Assembly (NCBI GenBank): GCA_049970495.1
Contig: JBMFMV010000044.1
Location: 1 to 15,453, forward strand
Reading direction: 5' to 3'
Length of the DNA stretch: 15,453 bases
Source: a bacterium
GTDB taxonomy: Bacteria; DUMJ01
Each line of letters opens with the position of its first letter. Positions within the stretch are counted from its first letter, which is position 1. The position numbers and the translations under genes are program-made. The notes under the pieces were generated by a model that was not told the DNA's origin, did no database searches, and saw nothing but the letters and a program-made list of their open reading frames with translations. This document shows, piece after piece, positions 1 through 7,557 of the stretch.

Positions 1-1
1 G

Positions 2-1420
2 GAAGGAGGATATGGCTATATAGTTCGTAATGATGGTGTATTTCTAGCTCATCCAGATGAGACAGAGATCTTAAAGACAAATTGTCTACAGGTTGATTCT
101 CCTAGTTTAAGAGAATTAGCCAAAAGAATGGTTTCCGGTGAAAAAGGTTTTGGAAGATATGAATATAAGGGTATCCGTAAAATAGCATCCTTTGCTCCTA
201 TAGGGATAACTGGTTGGTCTTTTGTGGTACAGGAACCGGAAGCAACTGCATTTGCTGGGGTCAATACTATGCTAAGGTTTATTATTATTCTATTTGTTAT
301 AACTGCATTGACGATACTTGTTGCCTCTTACTTTGTTGGTTACTCTATAGCTGAACCGATAGCCAAACTTACTAATGTTGCAGATGTTATCTCTACTGGT
401 GACCTTACAGTAAAGATAAGTGGAAGATTTAAGGGGGAGACAGCTAAGTTGGCTAATGGTTTAGGTAGGATAATAGATAATATAAGTGCCTTAATCCTTA
501 CTGCTAGAGATGCTATTAAAGAGTTGTCTTCTACAAGTGTTCAGGTAAGTGAGTCTACTAGTCAGACTGTTCAATCGGTCCAACAGATATCTAGTACTAT
601 TCAGGGAATAGCTAATGGGGCGCAGGAGACCGCTAAGAATGTCCAAGAAATTTCTCAAGCGGTGGATATTATGTCTAATAAGATGGAGGAATTGGCCAAG
701 AATGCTGAGATGGTATCTCACAGTAATCAGGAGACGGTTAGACTAGTTGATGAAGGACAGAGGGTAGTAGATGAACTTAATAGAGGATTTAGCGAAACTT
801 CTTCTGCCACAGCTGAAGTTGTTAGTGCTACGTCTGAGCTTGAAAGACTTGCTAATGAGATAGGTCGTATTGTAGAGACTATAACAAGTATAAGCTCCCA
901 GACGAATCTATTAGCGTTAAACGCAGCTATAGAAGCTGCCAGAGCTGGAGAAGCTGGCCGTGGGTTTGCTGTAGTGGCAGATGAGGTAAGAAAGTTAGCT
1001 GAAGAGTCAAATAGGAGTGCTCAGCAGATAGCTGAATTTATCGAGCAGGTAAGGTCTCAGATAAATAGAACTGCTGAACGTATAAGTAATACACTTGACA
1101 TTGTTAATAGTCAGGTAGAGACTGGTTCCAGAGTAACAGATACTTTTCAGAGGATAGCTCAGGGGGCAAACTTAGCATTAACGGCGGTTCAAAGTATAAC
1201 TGAGGGGATTGTCTCTCTAAGTGGAGAGGCTAAAAGAATAGCAGAGTCTATTCAAAGTGTTGCCGCAATAGTAGAAGAAAATGCTGCATCAACCGAAGAG
1301 GTATCAGCTGCGGTTGAGGAGGTAAACGCTGCTATAGAGGAGATAACCGCTAGTATAAATAACCTAAGTGAGATGGCTAATAACTTAAAAGAAATTATTT
1401 CAAGATTTAAGGTTGAGTAA
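2..1420 (+). CDS. Methyl-accepting chemotaxis protein (Cache sensor, TM, HAMP, signalling domain); 5'-truncated by window edge
   Basis: Frame is open from base 2 ([19 protein letters not shown]..., Cache-like, ending in GWSFVV). It is followed by a TM helix ([21 protein letters not shown]), a HAMP segment ([18 protein letters not shown]) and the MCP hairpin-tip motif [35 protein letters not shown]. The ATG at 128 is internal. Confidence 0.97.
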   Translation, partial: EGGYGYIVRNDGVFLAHPDETEILKTNCLQVDSPSLRELAKRMVSGEKGFGRYEYKGIRKIASFAPIGITGWSFVVQEPEATAFAGVNTMLRFIIILFVITALTILVASYFVGYSIAEPIAKLTNVADVISTGDLTVKISGRFKGETAKLANGLGRIIDNISALILTARDAIKELSSTSVQVSESTSQTVQSVQQISSTIQGIANGAQETAKNVQEISQAVDIMSNKMEELAKNAEMVSHSNQETVRLVDEGQRVVDELNRGFSETSSATAEVVSATSELERLANEIGRIVETITSISSQTNLLALNAAIEAARAGEAGRGFAVVADEVRKLAEESNRSAQQIAEFIEQVRSQINRTAERISNTLDIVNSQVETGSRVTDTFQRIAQGANLALTAVQSITEGIVSLSGEAKRIAESIQSVAAIVEENAASTEEVSAAVEEVNAAIEEITASINNLSEMANNLKEIISRFKVE

Positions 1421-1421
1421 A

Positions 1422-1454
1422 GAATAAGGGGGAGTATTAAGCTCCCCCTTATTC
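1422..1454. terminator. Probable bidirectional intrinsic terminator between convergent genes
   Basis: Perfect 13-bp inverted repeat GAATAAGGGGGAG-(TATTAAG)-CTCCCCCTTATTC just after the MCP stop; right arm overlaps the stop codon of the convergent dehydrogenase. Confidence 0.85.
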
Positions 1455-2465
1455 CTGTGGACTTATTAGGATCTTTATTCCTTCCCCCTTTTTCATAATC
1501 TCTATCCCTTCCTGTAATCTTGTAAGGGGAAGTTTATGTGTAACAAGCTTTTCTACAGGAACATTGCCACTCTCAAGTATTGCTACAGTCTGCGGAAAAC
1601 TAAACCAGGATATGTAAGAACCTAGTATTTTTAGCTCATACCTTGGTATGATAATCTGCTTTATCTGGGGTAATGCATTTTCATTCATCCCAAAAAGAAG
1701 TACCGTTCCACCTCTCCTAACCAGTTCTAGCGCAGTAGAAAGTTGATTCCCAACCGCATCAATTACAATATCTGCCCCAAGTTCTGTTATATCCATTATC
1801 GCCTCTTTAGTATTAGTCTCTTTCGGATTTATTACTATATCTGCTCCTAAGTCCCTTGCTACTTTCGCCCTAAATGGAGTAGGTTCAATAACTATAACTC
1901 TTCCTGCGCCTTGTGCCTTGATCATAAGTAAGAATAATAGCCCCATAGGTCCAGCTCCAATCAATACAACATTATCTCCTACTTGTAGATTTAGTTTTCT
2001 CATAGCATTGACTACGCAGGAAAGAGGTTCGGCAAGAGCGGACCTTTCTAAAGGAACATCCTTAGATATCTTATAGAGTGCCTTTGCTGGGGCAACGTTA
2101 TAAAGAGCAAATCCTCCATTGAGAAAAATTCCAAGAGTTGTGAAGTTTTCGCACATATTTGGAAGCCCTTTCCTACAATATCTACATACTCCGCAGGTGA
2201 GGTTTGGATCTACTACAACCCTATCTCCTATATCTACTGTTTTGACATCTGACCCTTTATCTACCACTATCCCTACATATTCATGGCCAAGGATTGATCC
2301 AGGAGTAGCTGGATGTCCAGGAGGAACCTCTAATATATGAACGTCTGTTCCGCATATACCTGCAGCTTCCACCTTTATTAAAACTTCGTCTGATTTTGTT
2401 ATCTTTGGCTCTGGGACTTCCTTTATGCTTAACTTACCTTCACCTTCGAATACTCCTGCTAACAT
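1449..2465 (-). CDS. Zn-dependent medium-chain dehydrogenase (threonine/sorbitol dehydrogenase-like), last gene of inositol operon
   Basis: CGTDVH and GHE catalytic Zn motifs; structural Zn CGVCRYC-x7-C; GAGPMG Rossmann motif with acidic residue (VIEP) suggesting NAD; RBS GGAGG upstream. Confidence 0.92.
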   Translation of the reverse strand: MLAGVFEGEGKLSIKEVPEPKITKSDEVLIKVEAAGICGTDVHILEVPPGHPATPGSILGHEYVGIVVDKGSDVKTVDIGDRVVVDPNLTCGVCRYCRKGLPNMCENFTTLGIFLNGGFALYNVAPAKALYKISKDVPLERSALAEPLSCVVNAMRKLNLQVGDNVVLIGAGPMGLLFLLMIKAQGAGRVIVIEPTPFRAKVARDLGADIVINPKETNTKEAIMDITELGADIVIDAVGNQLSTALELVRRGGTVLLFGMNENALPQIKQIIIPRYELKILGSYISWFSFPQTVAILESGNVPVEKLVTHKLPLTRLQEGIEIMKKGEGIKILISPQE

Positions 2466-2474
2466 CTTACCCTC

Positions 2475-3584
2475 CTATAAGCCTATCTTAGGTAAGCTGT
2501 ATACTGTCTTCCATCCCTCTGACTCTGGTTCTTTTAGATATGGTTCCATCTCTTTGGCAGACCTTAAGGTTACTTCTTCTACAGGTGGAACCGTCCCAGG
2601 TGGGAAGACCTCCAAGATCTGGTCTATGACTAGAGTTAGGTATTTTAATATTGCTGCTACAGGTCTTTTAGCCTTCCTTGCTGAACCAGCGCTTGCCCTA
2701 CCTACAACTCCTTCAGGTTGAGCTACTATTTCTATTGGAGCATGCCCCTCACCCTCAGACCATCTATGGGGTCTATGGAATGGCTCTACAGATTTATCGA
2801 AATGTCCATCTGGCAGATAACTTTGACCTTTACCAACTGTGTCTTCTGCTAGACTCATATCTACCATTCCCTCGGGGAAGAGTAACAGGGCTAATGATGT
2901 CTCTGATTCATCTGCATGGACAAATGGAGTTTCTACTATGTCAGGCTTTCCCTTAGGATAGAAAAACTCCCTTACCGCTCTGTGCCAATCTAAGACCTGG
3001 AAGATTCCTGGTAGTTGATATCTATACATGAATTCGTGTAAGGCAGATTCTAAAACCCATAGTTGTCCATGATTATTTACTAGTATCTGTTTTCGGAAAC
3101 CATCATTCCAAAGTCCGAGCATAACATTTATAAGTAGTTCCTTTACTACATCTTGGGGTATGATTATTGTCCCAGGCATACCAATATGGTGATATGGATG
3201 AGCTCCGTAGTTAATTGGAGGCCATACTAGGTTAACTGGTCTTCCCTGTTTCTCGGTGTATCTCCTTACCCCTTCTAATATCTGAGTTACTACTAGCGTA
3301 TCTAATCCAGAAATAGAATGTCTACCATGTTTTTCTGTTGATCCTATAGGGATTAAGACTATATCATTCTTCCGCCTATTTTCTACAACTTGTTGTCTTA
3401 TAGTGGTTTGTATATAAGTCCCAGGTTTTCCAAGTCCCGGTGGAGAGGGTATACCATACTCCTTTAGTATCGCATCTATCTCTTCCTCAGAAGCGTCCCA
3501 TATCTGTTTCTTTAACCTACCAACCTCAGTATTTTCAAATACTATTCCAGGATTTTCTGTTGTCAACCAAAATTCGTTTTTCAT
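2475..3584 (-). CDS. iolN: 3-dehydro-scyllo-inosose hydrolase (creatininase family)
   Basis: Creatininase metal motifs PIGSTEKHG, GLDT, NNHGQ and HADESETS. Segments HPYHHIGMPGT, GLWNDGFRKQIL and PIEIVAQPEGVVG match my recollection of Thermotoga maritima IolN (TM0413). Adjacent to iolM; RBS AAGGAG. Confidence 0.88.
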   Translation of the reverse strand: MKNEFWLTTENPGIVFENTEVGRLKKQIWDASEEEIDAILKEYGIPSPPGLGKPGTYIQTTIRQQVVENRRKNDIVLIPIGSTEKHGRHSISGLDTLVVTQILEGVRRYTEKQGRPVNLVWPPINYGAHPYHHIGMPGTIIIPQDVVKELLINVMLGLWNDGFRKQILVNNHGQLWVLESALHEFMYRYQLPGIFQVLDWHRAVREFFYPKGKPDIVETPFVHADESETSLALLLFPEGMVDMSLAEDTVGKGQSYLPDGHFDKSVEPFHRPHRWSEGEGHAPIEIVAQPEGVVGRASAGSARKAKRPVAAILKYLTLVIDQILEVFPPGTVPPVEEVTLRSAKEMEPYLKEPESEGWKTVYSLPKIGL

Positions 3585-3598
3585 AATCTCTCTCCTTT

Positions 3599-4753
3599 CT
3601 ACATCCTTACCATTACTTTTCCATCTTCTCTCTGACTTGTCTTCTTTATTGCAGATACCGCATCAGAGAGAGCAAATCTGGAAGTGATAATTTGAGTCAT
3701 ATCTATTCTCCCAGAGGCCATAAGTCTTATGACATTCTGGAATGTACCATACCCAGAGTGCCCCTGAGCGCCAAAGATCTGACCAGCATGGGTCTGGAAG
3801 TACTCAAGATAGACAGGCACCCTTTCAGCTGCCCTACCAATCTGGACAATCTTTCCACCTATAGCAAGGGTCTTTTCCATCACCGGAATAGTTTTGGTTG
3901 GAGCTCCAGCCGATTCAACAAGCATGTCAGATCCCATTCCCTTTGTAACATCTAGTATTACTTCTACAGGATCGACCTCGATTGGATTGTATACATACTC
4001 TGCCCCTACCAATCTCGCCAGCTCTCTTCTCTTACTAGAGATCTCAAAAGTAATAATTTTACTGGCACCGCTAGCTTTGGCTAAGGCAATTGATGCTAAT
4101 CCAATAGGTCCTGCACCAAATACTACTACATATCCTCCTGGTTTGAACCCTTCAGCTCTCACAAACATACCGTTATAGGCAACACTTGTTGGTTCTACTA
4201 GAGCTCCAGCTTCAAATGCCCTTTCTTTATCCCCATATCTTTCTGCTATCTCATCAATCTTCCAGCAATATTTAGCTCCAATAACTATATAGTCTGCAAA
4301 AGCACCGTTAATGGTAAATCCGATTTCTTCTAGGTTGAGACACTGATTGGGATACCCGTTTCTGCAAGGCACACACTCTCCACACCATATCATCTCTTCT
4401 GCTGTAACCATATCTCCAACTTTTAGGTCCTTAACTTCTTTTCCAACTGCTACTACCTCTCCAGAGAACTCATGCCCTATAACACATGGAAATTTTGTAA
4501 GTCCAGGATAAAGTATATAGCCCTCGTTATCTGTTTCATAAAAGTGGACATCTGATCCGCATACTCCACAAGCTCTTACTTTTAGGACAACATCCTTTGC
4601 CCCTGGAGTGGGGTCTGGGATCTCTTTTACCTCTAGAATTGGATTTTTCCAGATGCTGTTACCGGTAATTGCCTTTCCAGTAGTCTTCTCGAATTGAGAG
4701 ACAACATAACCAGGCTTAGGACTCCACTCTGCACTAACAACTAGTCCCTTCAT
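3599..4753 (-). CDS. iolM: scyllo-inosose 3-dehydrogenase (Zn-dependent MDR)
   Basis: Signature segments GYILYPGLTKFP, AEEMIWCG, LVEPTSVAYN and GAQGHSGYGTF, plus an N-terminal W-x-P extension, match recalled T. maritima IolM (TM0412). RBS GGAGG lies inside the upstream gene end. Confidence 0.9.
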   Translation of the reverse strand: MKGLVVSAEWSPKPGYVVSQFEKTTGKAITGNSIWKNPILEVKEIPDPTPGAKDVVLKVRACGVCGSDVHFYETDNEGYILYPGLTKFPCVIGHEFSGEVVAVGKEVKDLKVGDMVTAEEMIWCGECVPCRNGYPNQCLNLEEIGFTINGAFADYIVIGAKYCWKIDEIAERYGDKERAFEAGALVEPTSVAYNGMFVRAEGFKPGGYVVVFGAGPIGLASIALAKASGASKIITFEISSKRRELARLVGAEYVYNPIEVDPVEVILDVTKGMGSDMLVESAGAPTKTIPVMEKTLAIGGKIVQIGRAAERVPVYLEYFQTHAGQIFGAQGHSGYGTFQNVIRLMASGRIDMTQIITSRFALSDAVSAIKKTSQREDGKVMVRM

Positions 4754-4754
4754 C

Positions 4755-5414
4755 TTATAAGACCTCCTTTTTGATATTTTCTAATACTTCTTTTATTCTC
4801 TTGGGTATCCACTTATAAACTATTTCCCATGGACAGAAATGCTCTGGTTGAAATCCGAACTCCTTATTAAAGTTAAAACTAGGGGTAAATGCAAATCGAC
4901 TTAGATATTGTAATACCAACTCGTCCTCATCTAAAGTCTTTGAAATTTTGCCTTCAAAGAGCTTGGTAACGAGTAGTCCACCTATACCAGCTTCTTGGGT
5001 ACAGGGCAAAGTAAATCTTTCTTTTGGCTCAAACCAAGAAGGATTGGGAGCAAAGGCGTGCTTACCAGGTTGGGAATAGAGTATTGGATGAGTTTCTTCT
5101 TTTATCTCTATATTCCTCATTGGATGATATCTTCCGTGCCAACTTCCATCTACCCTTGATATCTTCCCTTCCTTATCTGCATAAACCCATGCATGTTCTA
5201 ATTCGTACAGATGTCCTATATCCCAATCCCAGTATATCGCATATTCTATACAGAATTTTTCATTATCACTTAGAGTTATCTCTCTTGGAAATGATAGAGA
5301 AGTGGATAATTTGTCTCTGAATATAGTATAACCGACCTTTATTGGGAGGAATGGTTCTTTTTCATCAAACATTATTATAGGTGCGTACCTACAGCAAAGT
5401 TCTACTTCGTCCAT
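4755..5414 (-). CDS. Hypothetical protein with Vps62/NPP1-like motifs, first gene of inositol operon
   Basis: GGAGG RBS 6 nt before the ATG at 5414 (track start TTG 5420 abuts the RBS). Stop is 1 nt from the iolM start. Motifs YAP..F...EPFLP, YAIYWDWDIGHLYELEH, SWHG and HPILYSQPGKHA. Confidence 0.85.
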   Translation of the reverse strand: MDEVELCCRYAPIIMFDEKEPFLPIKVGYTIFRDKLSTSLSFPREITLSDNEKFCIEYAIYWDWDIGHLYELEHAWVYADKEGKISRVDGSWHGRYHPMRNIEIKEETHPILYSQPGKHAFAPNPSWFEPKERFTLPCTQEAGIGGLLVTKLFEGKISKTLDEDELVLQYLSRFAFTPSFNFNKEFGFQPEHFCPWEIVYKWIPKRIKEVLENIKKEVL

Positions 5415-5429
5415 TATCAACCTCCTACA

Positions 5430-5443
5430 AGAAAATGTTTTCT
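5430..5443. promoter_or_regulatory. Candidate LacI-family operator
   Basis: Palindrome AGAAAA-TG-TTTTCT, one mismatch from GAAAACGTTTTC, between the -10 box and RBS of the inositol operon. Confidence 0.6.
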
Positions 5444-5449
5444 AAAAGA

Positions 5450-5478
5450 ATTATAAGATGCAAGTCTTCTATTGTCAA
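5450..5478 (-). promoter_or_regulatory. Sigma70/sigmaA promoter of the inositol operon
   Basis: Perfect consensus TTGACA-17 bp-TATAAT on the minus strand. Confidence 0.88.
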
Positions 5479-5489
5479 TAGGGAAATTT

Positions 5490-6281
5490 TTATGTTAAAA
5501 ACATCTCAATTGCATGGGCTACTCCATCTTCGGTATTCGATAGAGTAACAAAATCTGCAGACTTTTTTACCTTCTCGTCTGCATTTCCCATCGCAACTCC
5601 TATGCCTACCCATTCTAACATAGGTATATCGTTATGACTATCACCTATAGCCATAATCTCTTCTCTTTTTATGTTGAATCTTTCTGCAATCCACTTTAAG
5701 GCATCTGCTTTGGTAGCCTTCTTATTTACTATTTCTAGAAACTGTGGTAATGATGTCAAAGCTGTAAGTTCTTTATCTTTAGAGAATATTTCCTCTAGTC
5801 TAGATATGACTTTAGGATCTTCTACAAACATTAATTTAAGTGGATCGTATATTATTATATCCTCTAAGTTTTTTACTATCTGAATCTCTACTTCATTAAG
5901 CTGTGCATCTAAAACAGAATATTGATTTGGTTTTTCTGTGTAGAAAGTAAATTGGTCCATATAGACATTTAGAGCTAAGTTATGTTCCCTAGAGTATCTT
6001 AATATCTCGATAGCTTTATCCTTAGGAATCCTTATCTCATATAAGACCTTGTCTGTCTTATGGTCTATTATCATAGCTCCTTGATATATAACGCAAGGCC
6101 CAGACAGTCCTAACTCAACTGCATATTTTTTACAAGTTGGATACAACCTTCCTGTGACTAAAGAGACCATAATCCCCTTACTTTCAACATACCTCAATGT
6201 TTCTCTGACCCTAGGAGTTATCTTTTTATCCGGAGTTATTAAAGTTCCATCTATATCTATAGCTATAAGTTTTATACCCAT
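5490..6281 (-). CDS. Cof-type HAD-IIB family phosphatase
   Basis: Motifs DIDGT, TGR, TKADAL and GDSHND, plus GVAMGNA. Start reassigned to MGIKLIAID (6281); the longer track start runs through the promoter region. Confidence 0.93.
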   Translation of the reverse strand: MGIKLIAIDIDGTLITPDKKITPRVRETLRYVESKGIMVSLVTGRLYPTCKKYAVELGLSGPCVIYQGAMIIDHKTDKVLYEIRIPKDKAIEILRYSREHNLALNVYMDQFTFYTEKPNQYSVLDAQLNEVEIQIVKNLEDIIIYDPLKLMFVEDPKVISRLEEIFSKDKELTALTSLPQFLEIVNKKATKADALKWIAERFNIKREEIMAIGDSHNDIPMLEWVGIGVAMGNADEKVKKSADFVTLSNTEDGVAHAIEMFLT

Positions 6282-6289
6282 AGATAATG

Positions 6290-6342
6290 ATTTTACCTTA
6301 AAAAATGCCATCTTGACAAGTAAATACAAATGATACTATACT
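6290..6342. promoter_or_regulatory. Overlapping divergent promoters for the HAD gene and the DUF59-ABC operon
   Basis: Plus strand: TTGACA (6313-6318)-18 bp-TATACT (6337-6342). Minus strand: TTGTCA (6319-6314)-18 bp-TAAAAT (6295-6290). Confidence 0.65.
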
Positions 6343-6377
6343 GAATAGAGAGTTTTAAACTTTAGGAGGAATAATAT

Positions 6378-6632
6378 ATGGTAGATAAGGATACAGTTAT
6401 AAACGCTCTGCGAGATGTATATGATCCAGAGTTAGGTATAAATATTGTAGATTTGGGTCTTATAAAAGACGTTAAGATAGATAATGATGAGGTTACTATA
6501 GATATGATTTTTACTATCCCGGGTTGTCCACTCCGTGATTATATGATCTCTCAGATAAAGGATACTGTAGAATCTATAGAAGGGGTCAAGTCAGCTATTG
6601 TAAATATTCTAGACGATGTCTGGAATTGGTGA
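6378..6632 (+). CDS. DUF59/SufT-PaaD-like metal-sulfur cluster assembly factor
   Basis: Motifs LRDVYDPELGINIVDLGLI and TIPGCP; strong RBS AGGAGG. Confidence 0.92.
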   Translation: MVDKDTVINALRDVYDPELGINIVDLGLIKDVKIDNDEVTIDMIFTIPGCPLRDYMISQIKDTVESIEGVKSAIVNILDDVWNW

Positions 6633-7557
6633 TCCTATAATACAGACATTTGGACTTACAAAGAATTATAGAAGTAAGTTGGCAGTTGATGAACTTTCTC
6701 TGACTGTCTATAGAGGAGATATTTACGGTTTTTTAGGACAGAACGGTGCAGGGAAAAGTACAACTATAAAGATGCTCTTAGGACTCCTCTATCCAACTAA
6801 AGGTTATGCTAAGGTTTTAGGGGCAAGAGTTCCTGGAGAGTTGAGTAAGGTATTACCTAAGATAGGTGTTGTTACTGAATCACCCGCCTTTTATCCATAT
6901 CTTACAGGGGAAGAGAATTTAAACCTTTATGCAGGTCTACTTGGTATAAGAGATAAAAAAAGGATTAGAGAGACTTTAGATAAGGTAAATCTTTTAGGTA
7001 TTAGGCAGAGGTTTTCGGAATACTCTCAGGGGATGAGACAGAGATTAGGATTGGCATTAGCTCTTTTAAACGATCCGGAACTTCTAATATTAGATGAGCC
7101 TACAAATGGCTTAGACCCTCAAGGCATATACGAGATAAAGAACATAATAAAAGAGCTGAATAGAGAAGGAGTGACCGTATTTTTGTCTAGCCACATCCTT
7201 TCAGAAGTTCAAGAGATAGCAACTAGAGTAGGAGTCATTCATAAGGGTAAACTTATAGCTGAAGGAAAAGTGGATGAATTATTAACCTTTGGGGATAGAC
7301 TTACGCTTATGGCAAAGCCAAGAGAGCTGGTTTTAAATGTTCTTATAGGTAGTTCTATAGTGAAAGATTTTACTGAAGATGGGGATAAATTCTTAGTCCA
7401 TGTAGATAAGGAGAATATATCTAAGCTTAACAGAGAGTTGGTAAACTCAGGTATAGAAGTTTTTGCCCTTATTCCTGTAAGGTCTACTTTGGAAGACTTC
7501 TTTATAAGTATAACTGGTGAAAATCATGTTGTGGATAGAGCTTTACAAACTTTTTAG
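6616..7557 (+). CDS. ABC transporter ATP-binding protein (BcrA/DrrA-like exporter)
   Basis: Walker A GQNGAGKST, signature YSQGMRQRLG, Walker B LILDEPTNGLD, H-loop SSH. Confidence 0.95.
   Translation: MSGIGDPIIQTFGLTKNYRSKLAVDELSLTVYRGDIYGFLGQNGAGKSTTIKMLLGLLYPTKGYAKVLGARVPGELSKVLPKIGVVTESPAFYPYLTGEENLNLYAGLLGIRDKKRIRETLDKVNLLGIRQRFSEYSQGMRQRLGLALALLNDPELLILDEPTNGLDPQGIYEIKNIIKELNREGVTVFLSSHILSEVQEIATRVGVIHKGKLIAEGKVDELLTFGDRLTLMAKPRELVLNVLIGSSIVKDFTEDGDKFLVHVDKENISKLNRELVNSGIEVFALIPVRSTLEDFFISITGENHVVDRALQTF

Noticed and set aside
49..721. Minus-strand ORFs 49..264 and 491..721
   Set aside because: Antisense shadows of the MCP gene.
500..1420. Quasi-repetitive sequence in the MCP gene
   Set aside because: Explained by coiled-coil heptads of the signalling domain, not a DNA repeat or array.
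2475..3584. Annotation as true creatininase or mycofactocin MftE
   Set aside because: Sequence segments and adjacency to iolM fit IolN better; no mft genes present.
2119..5883. Short plus-strand ORFs at 2119, 2425, 2678, 3692, 3894, 5024 and 5671
   Set aside because: All lie antisense within well-supported minus-strand genes and show no family motifs.
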